In this document: positions 1-9,366 of the stretch, piece by piece
Numbering within the stretch: the stretch's first letter is position 1
Layout: each line of letters opens with the position of its first letter
Source of the DNA: a virus
Strand: one strand, 5' to 3'
IMG/VR virus record: IMGVR_UViG_3300029121_000001
DNA: 64,000 nt
Position numbers and translations under genes: made by a program
Notes under the pieces: model-generated
Database searches by the model: none
Told to the model about the DNA's origin: nothing
Seen by the model: the letters and a program-made list of their open reading frames with translations, nothing else

Positions 1-2096
1 TCAAGATCATCTTTAAAATAATCCCATTCTCTACCAATAGTATTAGCAGTAGTAGGGCCAATTCCTTTAATGCTTGACATATGCTCTATTACTCTCTTAC
101 GATAAAATCCAGAAGGATCGAGCATATTGAACATGTCTCTAATCTTCTGATAATTTAACTCAGGAAGAATTAGTTCCCATGTTTTGGTAGAGATGCTAGT
201 AAATCCAATTGATCCAAGTAATACAGAATCCATAAGTGGTTTAGTAAGAAGATTCATACATTGAGAATGGATATTATCAGATTCAATAGGGCCAAATCCT
301 TTGCTCTGAAGATTCTGTAACCAATTAGTTCCAGTAGTAATCTCTAAAAGTTCTCTCAAATGATAAACACCAATTTGGTTGATAGTTGCTTCACCAAATC
401 CAATAAGACCAAGTTTAGCACACATATTAACCATTCTTGCAAGCTGTCTACCACCGCAGTCAGGATTAATGCATTTAGCAGATCTTCCAGAATCAGATAC
501 TTGAACTGGACCTCCACAGATTGGGCAGATATTGGGAAATACTTCGAGAGGAGATACTTTCTCATTATCAATATTCCAATCGTTGATCGGCTTAGATACA
601 TATGGCATGACATCATTTACATATTCGACATCAATCATGTCACCCTTATGCAGTTGAAGTTCATTAAATCTTGCAAGAGACTGTCCAGAAGATTTAGGAT
701 GAATAGTACCATAGAATTCTACTGGATCGTAATGAATCATAGGTGTAATACTACCATCTTGACCTACTGTATAGGAATATCCTCTAAAGATAGTCTGCTT
801 TCTAAGAGGATTAAACTTAACAGCCATGCTATATTTGTTGATATAATTTTCTCTTCCAAGCTTTTGACGAATTGCTTCATCTCTATAAGAGAATACAATG
901 CCATCATACATGAAAGGAATTCTACTTCTCAACATCTCTGCATTCTTTGTAAAGATATTAATCCATACAAGATTCTCAATATAAGTTCCACTTGCCATTG
1001 CCCATCTGAGAGGACATCCTTTAGAAACAAAATTATCATTAAGATATTTAATCTCTTGAAGTCTGTCAGAATGACAAGTTGTATGATACACTTCACTCTC
1101 AACTGCTAGAGGAACTAGAGTAATAAAATCTCTAAATTTCCATGCATCTCCAGAAGCAAATAGACCTACAATTGCAGATCTACAGTTCTTATATTCATAT
1201 CCTTTAGCAGCATTGAAATAAGGAAGATCATATTGAGTAATGATAGCTTCAAACTTAACACCTATCATAGGAGCATTCTTTTCTCTATGAGGGAACTTAT
1301 ATCCTTTAAGAATAGGAGTTAAGTCTGCTGCTCTGCCAACTCCAGTATCACCACGAGATCTTGCAGATATTACTTCATCAGTACAATCAGCTTCAACAGA
1401 AATTCCATCATACTTTAATTCAAGAATAATATCAAATTTCTGATTGGGTTGAATAATACCTCTAAGAAGATGATCTTGGAAAAAGTCTCTTTCAACTGTT
1501 TTCACATTAGAGTCATCCAATACACCACGTTCTGCAGCATCTTTATCCAGAACAAATTTACACTTATCAAGAGTACCAACAAGTTCAGGATGATTATGCT
1601 GAGTATCATGATAACGTTTGGTAATATAATCTGCACTAATAGGAACAGATTTGTTCTCAAAATCTCTACGATCAATAAACTTAGTATCGGGGATTACTAG
1701 ATCATTTAAGAAGAAATACTCTTTATCATCAACAGGCTCTTCAAAAGTAATAGCAGGAATCATTTGCTGTTCTGCATATACTTTATTATTTCCATTGGAT
1801 GATTTGAAATTAATAACTTCTGCACCTACTTGAAAATTAGGATCATAGATCTTATATTTTTCAAGAAGAAGATCATAGAATCCATCTTCGATCGGAAGAA
1901 GCTCTTTATCAGTATCATTATAAGTGATATTACAAATAGTAATGATACCTTTAAGATCTTCAATATCTTCGGCTGTGAGTTGAGGTTTATTATATAACGT
2001 CATAGCTACGTCATTTAAATATCCTTTATACTCATATGCAGAAGCCATATTACCATTTCGAAGACCATTAAGAACATTCTGAATTGCAATATTCAT
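1..2096 (-). CDS. ligA: NAD+-dependent DNA ligase (LigA family); 3' end runs off the window
   Basis: Own minus-strand translation from ATG 2096..2094 (SD AAGGAG upstream): MNIAIQNVLNG... Adenylation motif ELKYDGIS (K codon 1415..1413) and Zn finger CPICGGPV..CINPDCGG (C codon 527..525) are both in frame. HhH-like IKGIGPTTA lies near nt 50. Missing from the ORF track because there is no stop in the window. Confidence 0.85.
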   Translation of the reverse strand, partial: MNIAIQNVLNGLRNGNMASAYEYKGYLNDVAMTLYNKPQLTAEDIEDLKGIITICNITYNDTDKELLPIEDGFYDLLLEKYKIYDPNFQVGAEVINFKSSNGNNKVYAEQQMIPAITFEEPVDDKEYFFLNDLVIPDTKFIDRRDFENKSVPISADYITKRYHDTQHNHPELVGTLDKCKFVLDKDAAERGVLDDSNVKTVERDFFQDHLLRGIIQPNQKFDIILELKYDGISVEADCTDEVISARSRGDTGVGRAADLTPILKGYKFPHREKNAPMIGVKFEAIITQYDLPYFNAAKGYEYKNCRSAIVGLFASGDAWKFRDFITLVPLAVESEVYHTTCHSDRLQEIKYLNDNFVSKGCPLRWAMASGTYIENLVWINIFTKNAEMLRSRIPFMYDGIVFSYRDEAIRQKLGRENYINKYSMAVKFNPLRKQTIFRGYSYTVGQDGSITPMIHYDPVEFYGTIHPKSSGQSLARFNELQLHKGDMIDVEYVNDVMPYVSKPINDWNIDNEKVSPLEVFPNICPICGGPVQVSDSGRSAKCINPDCGGRQLARMVNMCAKLGLIGFGEATINQIGVYHLRELLEITTGTNWLQNLQSKGFGPIESDNIHSQCMNLLTKPLMDSVLLGSIGFTSISTKTWELILPELNYQKIRDMFNMLDPSGFYRKRVIEHMSSIKGIGPTTANTIGREWDYFKDDL

Positions 2097-2162
2097 TTAG
2101 TTTCTCCTTTCTAATTTGTATTTCGAAGTTAAAATAATAGTAATATTGTATCATCCTTCATA

Positions 2163-2174
2163 ATTATAATATCT
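2163..2174 (-). promoter_or_regulatory. promoter-like motif AGATATTATAAT(T)ATG
   Basis: Minus strand reads TAAGATATTATAATTATGA, between the terminator at 2191..2224 and the ligA start. Confidence 0.45.
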
Positions 2175-2190
2175 TACTAGATAGATTTTT

Positions 2191-2224
2191 AAAAATAAAA
2201 GGATAGGAGATTTCTCTCCTATCC
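2191..2224 (-). terminator. intrinsic terminator
   Basis: Hairpin GGATAGGAGA/TCTCCTATCC (2201..2224), then TTTTATTTTT on the minus strand. Lies 8 nt after the stop of 2232..4472. Confidence 0.7.
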
Positions 2225-2231
2225 AGTATTT

Positions 2232-4472
2232 TTATTGTTCTTCTACTTCATCAGGAATCTGAGGCTGATGATCTTCCAATTTAGATTCACTAAAAGAGAT
2301 AGCTTCAATAGTGAATCCAAGATGCTTAGAAATTTCCTTGATTTCATCAATGGTCTTATACCAATGATCGAAGTCATATCCAGGCTCCATGAATTCGATA
2401 GCAGGTGTCATGCCATCTTCGTTACCAAGGAATTCAATAGCATTCATACCAAAGGGATATTGGTTCTTAATTCTCTTCTTGGAGAATGTAATTTTATATC
2501 CCATAATCTTTAAGCGAGCATTTAGAATTTCAGCAGATCTATTCTTCGATTTAGTATCGATTTTAACATCGACATTATACGGATCTGTAATAGCAATCTG
2601 CTCAACCAAACGTCTTGCATGAGGAGACAGAGAATGCAACAGAAGGTTGATAACAACATATTCTGTTCCCATGTGATCTAGATCACCAGATTCCATCTGA
2701 CCTAGCTTAATAGGAGTATTGGAGTTAGGCTCTCTATAATTCTTAGATGCTTTACTCTTTGCATTCTCATTCTTAAGATTAGTAGAAGACAAACTAGCAG
2801 CAGAGAATTTTTCTTCAGCAAACTGTTTCAATCTGATTACATACTGAGGAGCAGCAATCATAGGTCTTCTAGTATATACGAATCTAACATTTCCTCTAGA
2901 GTCTCTAATAGGAACTTGTACTTTCTGTTCATCGATCCACGGAAACGCTTGTTTCAGTGTTATAAGTTTATCGATGTTCATTGTTTCAGATATAGGTTTA
3001 TTAGAAACATTAATACAAGTTTTATTGAGAATACTTTCAAGGAAATATTCTTGATTACGATAGTCAAGAGAATCAATATATGCTTTGATATCTTGATACT
3101 GTTCAGGAGATTGAATCTCATAGAACTTAAGAATCATAGCAAAAGAATCCTGAAGACTCATATCGCCTTGTCTAATTCTATCAAGAATATTCATAGAAAT
3201 ATAATTGATTTCATGCTCAAAGATCTGACCAGCATTCTCTCTATTATACATAGTAGAAGAATTCTTAATCATATCAATAGGCTGACCATTGCACATCTTA
3301 GGCATTAATTCAGTATCAACGATCTTAGAGACAACACCTTTTCCGCCGTATCTATCAGAGACTTTATCACCAACATCAAGAATACGATTTTCCATAACAA
3401 CGAATTCAATTGTGATGTTGCTAAACTGTTTCTTATCGATAAATTTCTTACCTTCAAGTTCAGATTTAGCATTATAGAACATCTTGTTCAATTGATAACT
3501 CAAATGATATCCTTGAGTTGCATAAGAGCCAACAACATTTACGATATCCTGATTCATTCTCTGACGATCGCTATAATACGAATAGAATTGCTGATTATAT
3601 GCATTAGTCTTGATATATTCAGGATTATTACAATAGATATTGATATCAATGACTTTACCTTTAATAGTAATCTTGTCATCAGACATCATGATCTCTTGTA
3701 ATCTCTTGACAGACTGAGTATAGATTGCTTCTTCTTTCTTATCTCGTCTATATGCCATAAGGATACCATCTTTGATATCTTCACCGATATCAGGAAATAC
3801 CTTATACATATTATCATTACCATAGATATTCAGAGGAATATCATTTTCATTGATAATGATTTTAACAGTACGAAGAAGAGGAGCAGACATCAGTTCACTA
3901 CATCTTTTAGAAATAAGAACAGAGTCTTCCATATTAATGTCCAATGCCATATATGCAACATTAATATTTTTACCACTTGTTCTATTACCATATCTGTCAA
4001 AGCCTGTAGATCTTCTAATAATATCTCCTTTATGGATAATAGTACCAGGCGCGCTCATACTATCCATGATAGAATTATTATGAAGATATCCATAAACTTC
4101 TGTTACGTATTTATAAGAAATACGTTCAACTACTGTAATCTCATTCTTATTGATACTTCTAAGAATAAGATAATAGTGGTGATCAGGAGCATAAGAAAAT
4201 TTAGGAATCTTGGCGATGACTTCATAGTCATCGTCCATTCTAATAATAGACGAAGATTGTTCACCGAATCTGTTTTCATATCCGGTTGCTACATAAGGAA
4301 TCTCACCTTGAGTAAGAACAAGCGAATGAGATTGATGAGTATTACCCATAATCTTACGACCACCACTATTAGTCGCATTATTGGGTATATTTAGACCTTT
4401 ACCGAGCATCTGCTCTTTAGAGGTCAAATAACTCATCGAATCCCTTACTTGGTCTACAAAGTTACTTGCCAT
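2232..4472 (-). CDS. multisubunit RNA polymerase beta-like subunit (C-terminal-half homolog)
   Basis: GDKVSDRYGGKGVVSKI matches bacterial beta GDKxxxRHGNKGVxSKI. Also NINVAYMALDINMEDSVLIS (cf. GxNxxVAxMxWxGYNxEDA) and GQMESGDLDHMG (cf. GEMEVWALEAYGA). Confidence 0.8.
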   Translation of the reverse strand: MASNFVDQVRDSMSYLTSKEQMLGKGLNIPNNATNSGGRKIMGNTHQSHSLVLTQGEIPYVATGYENRFGEQSSSIIRMDDDYEVIAKIPKFSYAPDHHYYLILRSINKNEITVVERISYKYVTEVYGYLHNNSIMDSMSAPGTIIHKGDIIRRSTGFDRYGNRTSGKNINVAYMALDINMEDSVLISKRCSELMSAPLLRTVKIIINENDIPLNIYGNDNMYKVFPDIGEDIKDGILMAYRRDKKEEAIYTQSVKRLQEIMMSDDKITIKGKVIDINIYCNNPEYIKTNAYNQQFYSYYSDRQRMNQDIVNVVGSYATQGYHLSYQLNKMFYNAKSELEGKKFIDKKQFSNITIEFVVMENRILDVGDKVSDRYGGKGVVSKIVDTELMPKMCNGQPIDMIKNSSTMYNRENAGQIFEHEINYISMNILDRIRQGDMSLQDSFAMILKFYEIQSPEQYQDIKAYIDSLDYRNQEYFLESILNKTCINVSNKPISETMNIDKLITLKQAFPWIDEQKVQVPIRDSRGNVRFVYTRRPMIAAPQYVIRLKQFAEEKFSAASLSSTNLKNENAKSKASKNYREPNSNTPIKLGQMESGDLDHMGTEYVVINLLLHSLSPHARRLVEQIAITDPYNVDVKIDTKSKNRSAEILNARLKIMGYKITFSKKRIKNQYPFGMNAIEFLGNEDGMTPAIEFMEPGYDFDHWYKTIDEIKEISKHLGFTIEAISFSESKLEDHQPQIPDEVEEQ

Positions 4473-4498
4473 TTGTTTATCTCCTTTTCATTATAAAG

Positions 4499-4954
4499 TC
4501 ATAACCAGTAACAATTAGTTGGACTGTAGTCTTCTGTAGGGTGTTTCTTAGCAAGTCTACATCCTTGCTTATAAGAGATGTGCATGTCATTATAAAAATT
4601 TAATAGCCCATTTGGGTTATCTCGTGACCATCGTTCACAGATCTCTTCAGGATGTCTACTTACCATATGATAATATACACATGCTTCTTTTGTTTTAGAT
4701 AATCCATGAGTTCTAGTTTTATCTCCAACATGTTTCTTAATTTCTCTAAATACACATCCACATGAAGTTGTATGCCCAGTTTTTAGATACTCACCAATTA
4801 CTACTACTCTAGTATGATCTTTACAATCGCACTCGCAGAGAAATGCAGGTTTCTTATCTCCACAAGCAAATTTTCTATCTTCTACTCTCTTAATCACTGT
4901 TAAATGATTGTATACATCTCCAGGTTGAATTATTGTTCCCTTAAGCTTACCCAA
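4499..4954 (-). CDS. Zn-ribbon (CxC...SCGC) homing-endonuclease-like protein, paralog 1
   Basis: HLTVIKRVED..FLCECDCKDHTRVVVIGEYLKTGHTTSCGC module, C-terminal ..YSPTNCYW. TTG start 9 nt after AAGGAG. Confidence 0.5.
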   Translation of the reverse strand: MGKLKGTIIQPGDVYNHLTVIKRVEDRKFACGDKKPAFLCECDCKDHTRVVVIGEYLKTGHTTSCGCVFREIKKHVGDKTRTHGLSKTKEACVYYHMVSRHPEEICERWSRDNPNGLLNFYNDMHISYKQGCRLAKKHPTEDYSPTNCYWL

Positions 4955-4957
4955 AAT

Positions 4958-5446
4958 TTACAACTCCTTTTTAGGTGGCATATCTACATAATATCTTGTA
5001 TCCCAATAACAATTCTCTTTAGAATATTTCTTTTCGACATTATGTCTATGAAGATATAGATGCTTTTTATGGTCATCTTTCATATCGTTAATAAAATTAT
5101 AAAGGCCTTTTTCTTCATCCTTCCATTCATCACATAATTCATTAAAATGACCTCTTATTAGTCTATAATAAGTGTGTGTAAGATATGGGTACTTTTTTGT
5201 TATACCTTTTTTATATGCAGATTTATAAGTTACTATTCTATGATTATTCTCTTTTTGATAGCAGCCGCAAGATGTAGTATGTCCAGATCTTAATGCTGTA
5301 CCACATACAGAAATCACATTATGATTAGGGCAATCACATTGGCAAATCCAGAATGCTTCTCTCCTTGGATAATGATCTTTATCATCTCTTTTGATTACAT
5401 AAAGATGTCCAAATCGTTTACCTGTTAAGTCTATTAATCGACTCAT
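4958..5446 (-). CDS. Zn-ribbon homing-endonuclease-like protein, paralog 2
   Basis: LTGKRFGHLYVIKRDD..WICQCDCPNHNVISVCGTALRSGHTTSCGC, C-terminal ..YSKENCYW. Start trimmed to ATG 5446 (SD AAGGAG 9 nt upstream). Confidence 0.5.
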   Translation of the reverse strand: MSRLIDLTGKRFGHLYVIKRDDKDHYPRREAFWICQCDCPNHNVISVCGTALRSGHTTSCGCYQKENNHRIVTYKSAYKKGITKKYPYLTHTYYRLIRGHFNELCDEWKDEEKGLYNFINDMKDDHKKHLYLHRHNVEKKYSKENCYWDTRYYVDMPPKKEL

Positions 5447-5500
5447 ACATTTCAACTCCTTTTAATATTAAATTAGAGAAATTATCAATCTCTAATCATA

Positions 5501-5512
5501 ATTATAATATCT
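5501..5512 (-). promoter_or_regulatory. promoter-like motif AGATATTATAATTATG
   Basis: Minus strand reads GCAAGATATTATAATTATGAT, upstream of 4958..5446. Confidence 0.4.
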
Positions 5513-5526
5513 TGCTCTTTCATATT

Positions 5527-6279
5527 TTAGCCCATAATATATCTTACGTAATCATTATTAAGAGGTCTACCATTATTATCCATAAAGAATATAGCATTTA
5601 CTTGATCAAAATCTCTATCTTCCCAAGTACCAGTAATAGCTTCTTGATAATCATATCCATCAATAATTCTATCTCTAATGGTATTCTTTTCATATCCCAT
5701 TGCTCTATTCCATTCAGATACCATATAGCAAGAATCATTATATGCAATTACCATATCATTGATTCTATCATATTGTCTAATACTACATTCAACCCAGATG
5801 CAATTATCTGGTCTATAACCAATAGATTCATTTAATCGTCCTATTTTACATCCACTCTCATATGTAGGAGACATATCGTCATAAAATGATTTAATTCCTG
5901 TTCTAGAATTAATCCATTCTCCATAAATAGGAATATTAAAATGCTTGGTCTCAGGAGCTCTAGTAGCTTCATATATCATATAATGATATGCATAAATCAC
6001 CTGCTTTACGATATATTTTGCTGGAGGATACTCTGTTATTGGTTTATGATTAAACTTAGCAGCAGTAGTTTCTCTTCTTAAGCAACCACAGGATCTAGTA
6101 ATATTTCCTACTAAATTCTTTGCTTTTACCACTACTGTATTCTTCTCTGGACAACTACATTGACACAAATACTGAGAGCAATGCTTTTTACTCTTCGGAT
6201 CTATGAAATCTTCCACTCTTCCGATAACAACAAGTCTTCCAAAGATATCTCCACTTTGGATATTATACATACTACTCAT
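5527..6279 (-). CDS. Zn-ribbon homing-endonuclease-like protein, paralog 3
   Basis: IFGRLVVIGRVED..YLCQCSCPEKNTVVVKAKNLVGNITRSCGC and ..GYRPDNCIWVE. SD GGAGGA upstream of ATG 6279. Confidence 0.5.
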   Translation of the reverse strand: MSSMYNIQSGDIFGRLVVIGRVEDFIDPKSKKHCSQYLCQCSCPEKNTVVVKAKNLVGNITRSCGCLRRETTAAKFNHKPITEYPPAKYIVKQVIYAYHYMIYEATRAPETKHFNIPIYGEWINSRTGIKSFYDDMSPTYESGCKIGRLNESIGYRPDNCIWVECSIRQYDRINDMVIAYNDSCYMVSEWNRAMGYEKNTIRDRIIDGYDYQEAITGTWEDRDFDQVNAIFFMDNNGRPLNNDYVRYIMG

Positions 6280-6295
6280 ATAAAATATCCTCCAT

Positions 6296-6332
6296 TAAAA
6301 AATAAAAGGTCTAGAGATTTCTCTCTAGACCT
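6296..6332 (-). terminator. intrinsic terminator
   Basis: Hairpin AGGTCTAGAG/CTCTAGACCT (6307..6332), then TTTATTTTTT on the minus strand. Confidence 0.7.
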
Positions 6333-6340
6333 CTTTTCAT

Positions 6341-6760
6341 TTAAATATCTGTGTGCTCCTCAGGAATAGGTTCAACTACGTCAGATTTTGTTTCTTCTTC
6401 TGCTCCATGTTGTGGATCAATTTCATCAGGAGCAGGTTCAGATAACTCATCAGCTTTAATTGCAAAGTAAATGCACATTGCAATGGCAATAACAATAGCT
6501 ACAAGGTACATTATAAGCTTAGACATGTGGGACATTGTATCAATCTTGCTAATAACCACCATAGCAAGTTTGATAATACAATATCCAGCAGCTTCTAATA
6601 TTGCAATAGATAATACTGATAATCCAACTACCATTGCAATCTGAGGATTAAGACCTTTCTTTTCATTGATAATATTATCTCTAATAACCAAAATCAGTGC
6701 AACACTGAAAATGATTGCAAAGATAAAAATCATAGTACTCAATATACGTCCTTCTAGCAT
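6341..6760 (-). CDS. small multi-pass membrane protein with acidic C-tail
   Basis: Start trimmed to MLEGRIL.. (SD AAGGAGAA upstream of ATG 6760). Three or four hydrophobic segments. The longer track ORF would overlap the recombinase gene. Confidence 0.5.
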   Translation of the reverse strand: MLEGRILSTMIFIFAIIFSVALILVIRDNIINEKKGLNPQIAMVVGLSVLSIAILEAAGYCIIKLAMVVISKIDTMSHMSKLIMYLVAIVIAIAMCIYFAIKADELSEPAPDEIDPQHGAEEETKSDVVEPIPEEHTDI

Positions 6761-6770
6761 TATTTTCTCC

Positions 6771-7991
6771 TTACAATCCAAGAATACTATTGATGATCGC
6801 CTGATTAGGCTGGGTAAATTTTGTTTCTTCTTCAACAGGATTACCCAATAGTGTTTCAAGTTCAGCTTTTGCTACCTGATTAAATACTGTAGCAAACTCA
6901 GGATCTGTAAACAGCTTATTCTTGAAATCTTTCTGTCTAAACTTCATATCTTCATGGCCACGAAGATAACAAGTAGCACCAGTTACAATAGCACCAGTAG
7001 ACTTTAGGAACATAAACAAAGAAAGAATATCATCAAAACCATTTGCAAAATCAAATACCATAGGAACAGATCTACCTGCAGCATTGGTACGAGATTTAAT
7101 GATTTCAAAATCTACGATCTTGCCATCGATTCCTAAGCCTTCGCTAGATTTAAGTTTAGCACCATCATCTACTCTAATCAAATTATTTGCAAGATAAAGA
7201 GCAGCTTTACCACCAGGAAGAGTTTCTCCAGGCTTTAAGAAACTAACTTGAGATTTAGTATGACTAAAAGGATTCAACTCAATCTTATCATTAATATGAT
7301 TAATAGTAAATAGAATGATATTAGCTGCTTTAAGTTTAGGAACAATTCTCTTGAATACAGCTGTATTAGTTTTAGCTGTAGCAGTAGTAGACATCTGCCC
7401 ACTAAGTTCTTCTTCTTCAGTCAACTTCTCAGGAGTAAGCATAGCAAGAGAATCAAGAATATATACTGTAGGAATCAGTTTATAGATTCTATTACCATAA
7501 GAATCATATTTCCCAGTATCGTATTCAAAGTCTGCTCTATTGTTCAATTTGATATCATAGATAGAAGCGATACGCTTATAGAAATTTTCTGCAGATACTG
7601 CAGTATTTCTATAAATAATTTTCTGCTGACATTCTTCAGGAGAGAAATGCGTAAGAAGTTCTCTACGAGTAGCATTAGAACCACCTTCAATGTCATCAAA
7701 AAAGATAGTAGCTTCAGGAAAAGGTCTAACAATATTTGCAGCCATTTGAATAGCAGCTGTTGTTTTGCCAGATCCCGAGCGCCCACAGAAACTAACAGAT
7801 GATCCATCCACAATTCCTACAGAATCATACCAAAAATCTTGAGTATCAGATTTAACATGAACTCTATATCCATTTAGAAAATCAAAAGGAAGAAATCCTG
7901 TAGGATACATAACATCAGATACAGCCTCTTCCATTCTAGGATCTTTAGATTTTGCCATTTGTGCTCTAAAACGATCTGCGAGTAGTCCCAT
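6771..7991 (-). CDS. RecA/UvsX-like recombinase ATPase
   Basis: Walker A GRSGSGKTT, Walker B-like VYILDSLAM, RecA-like size and layout. Confidence 0.6.
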   Translation of the reverse strand: MGLLADRFRAQMAKSKDPRMEEAVSDVMYPTGFLPFDFLNGYRVHVKSDTQDFWYDSVGIVDGSSVSFCGRSGSGKTTAAIQMAANIVRPFPEATIFFDDIEGGSNATRRELLTHFSPEECQQKIIYRNTAVSAENFYKRIASIYDIKLNNRADFEYDTGKYDSYGNRIYKLIPTVYILDSLAMLTPEKLTEEEELSGQMSTTATAKTNTAVFKRIVPKLKAANIILFTINHINDKIELNPFSHTKSQVSFLKPGETLPGGKAALYLANNLIRVDDGAKLKSSEGLGIDGKIVDFEIIKSRTNAAGRSVPMVFDFANGFDDILSLFMFLKSTGAIVTGATCYLRGHEDMKFRQKDFKNKLFTDPEFATVFNQVAKAELETLLGNPVEEETKFTQPNQAIINSILGL

Positions 7992-8024
7992 ATATAAAAC
8001 CTCTCATTTCTATATTTTGGATTT

Positions 8025-8624
8025 TTACATCAGCCAGTTAATAAGTCTCTCAAGAGTATTATCATCTTTGGCAAACTGTTTCAACCCAGGAATATTGTCC
8101 AAATTGATCCTATGAAATTCACCATTATCATCTATTACGACTGCATTATAATATTTATTCTTTGTAGTTTTAGTCTCATTCTTAGAAGAGTCCATAGTAG
8201 CTCTGGGATACTCCTTATCAGGAATCTCATTGAGATCAATTTTGTACTCTCTTTTATCCTTATCATACTTTACATTACATCTCGGATTAGTGTTAATAGG
8301 ATTATTGATAGGCTGTTTCTTTTGTTCTTCATGCTTATTCACTTTAGCATCATTACGAAGATTCTTCGGATCAACCTTAGATGCTGCAGTAGCAGATTCA
8401 CCAGGAAGCATAGAAACTACTCTATCATCACATACACCCCAGTCATCGCAGAGCATATTAGAAATAGTATGCATCATATCAGGTGATTCACGAAGATTAA
8501 CTGCTTTACCTTCCTTTGTCACCATAACAATTTCACCATTCAGAATGCACCAATAGCCTTTCCAAGTGGTGCGAGTTACTTTGTGACCCTGCTGCATAGA
8601 AATAAAAGCACTAGTGAAATCCAT
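8025..8624 (-). CDS. DUF2829 (Tad2-like) N-terminal domain fused to a Lys/Asn-rich C-terminal region
   Basis: MDFTSAFISMQQGHKVTRTTWKGYW....ISNMLCDDWGV fits the DUF2829 pattern F..A...M..G.KV.R..W.G...DDW.v. Start trimmed to ATG 8624 (SD GGAGG). Confidence 0.45.
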   Translation of the reverse strand: MDFTSAFISMQQGHKVTRTTWKGYWCILNGEIVMVTKEGKAVNLRESPDMMHTISNMLCDDWGVCDDRVVSMLPGESATAASKVDPKNLRNDAKVNKHEEQKKQPINNPINTNPRCNVKYDKDKREYKIDLNEIPDKEYPRATMDSSKNETKTTKNKYYNAVVIDDNGEFHRINLDNIPGLKQFAKDDNTLERLINWLM

Positions 8625-8688
8625 AATAATAACCTCCAAAAATTTATATTTATTATTGGTATATAGATGTATTCCAACCTATATACTT

Positions 8689-9237
8689 TTAAACATTAGG
8701 ATTATAAGTTCTATCTTCAATAGGAAGAAGAATGATTTTATTTTCTTTGATTGTTTTCTTTACATCGATAATTCTCTGATTAGAAGACCCTCTAAATTTT
8801 AATGCAGGAGAATGGAGATCTTCTTCATAAGGTCCATCAACAAGAACATCGATAAGTTTAATATATTCTTCAGAGCAACTAGTATGAGGATACACAGTAG
8901 GATCTAGAATGTCTTCAAATCTAAATCCTGTATATGCCCAAATATCTTTATCAGGAACTTCCTTCTTTACTCTAAGAAGAAATTGATACAGAGGATATTG
9001 ATTATTAGGTTCAAACGGATCTCCTCCTAATAATGTAAGTCCATTAACATAAGACTGCTTAAGAGAATCAATTATGACATCTTCAGCTTTCTTATCAAAT
9101 TCCCAACCATAATTAAAGTCCCAAGTTTCAGGCTGAAAACATCCTTTGCAATGATTGGTGCATCCAGAAACAAATAATGATACTCTAACACCTAAACCAT
9201 CAGCAATATCACATTGTTTAATCTTACAATAATTCAT
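8689..9237 (-). CDS. nrdG: anaerobic ribonucleotide reductase activating enzyme (radical SAM)
   Basis: MNYCKIKQCDIADGLGVRVSLFVSGCTNHCKGCFQPETW with the CxxxCxxC cluster. Start trimmed to ATG 9237 (SD GGAGGA). Confidence 0.85.
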   Translation of the reverse strand: MNYCKIKQCDIADGLGVRVSLFVSGCTNHCKGCFQPETWDFNYGWEFDKKAEDVIIDSLKQSYVNGLTLLGGDPFEPNNQYPLYQFLLRVKKEVPDKDIWAYTGFRFEDILDPTVYPHTSCSEEYIKLIDVLVDGPYEEDLHSPALKFRGSSNQRIIDVKKTIKENKIILLPIEDRTYNPNV

Positions 9238-9298
9238 AATATTTCCTCCAAATAAAATAAAGAGGAGTGGAATAATTTCCACTCCTCAATTTTAAACT

Positions 9299-9366
9299 TT
9301 ACAGATGAAGAACTCGATCCTTGATTTCCTCAGTACGACCCTGATTCCAGAATTGAGTCCCAATAT
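9299..9366 (-). CDS. nrdD: NrdD exon 2 (completes the glycyl-radical motif and C-terminus)
   Basis: Joined to exon 1 it reads ..RRTCG/YIGTQFWNQGRTEEIKDRVLHL*, which is the canonical RxCGY(I/L)G...WNxG(K/R)xxEIxDRVxH end of class III RNRs. Confidence 0.75.

Noticed and set aside
360-1109. 249-aa plus-strand ORF in the ORF track
   Set aside because: It is antisense to the in-frame LigA motifs on the minus strand, has no SD, and its composition is typical of a mirror ORF in AT-rich DNA.
6341-6859. Long (172 aa) version of the membrane-protein ORF, and the similar long forms 37358..38047, 39617..40063, 50731..51660, 54346..55380 and 55377..55898
   Set aside because: The N-terminal extensions overlap the preceding gene or span terminators, and they lack an SD. 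Internal ATGs with AGGAG-type SD sequences at 6-10 nt fit much better.
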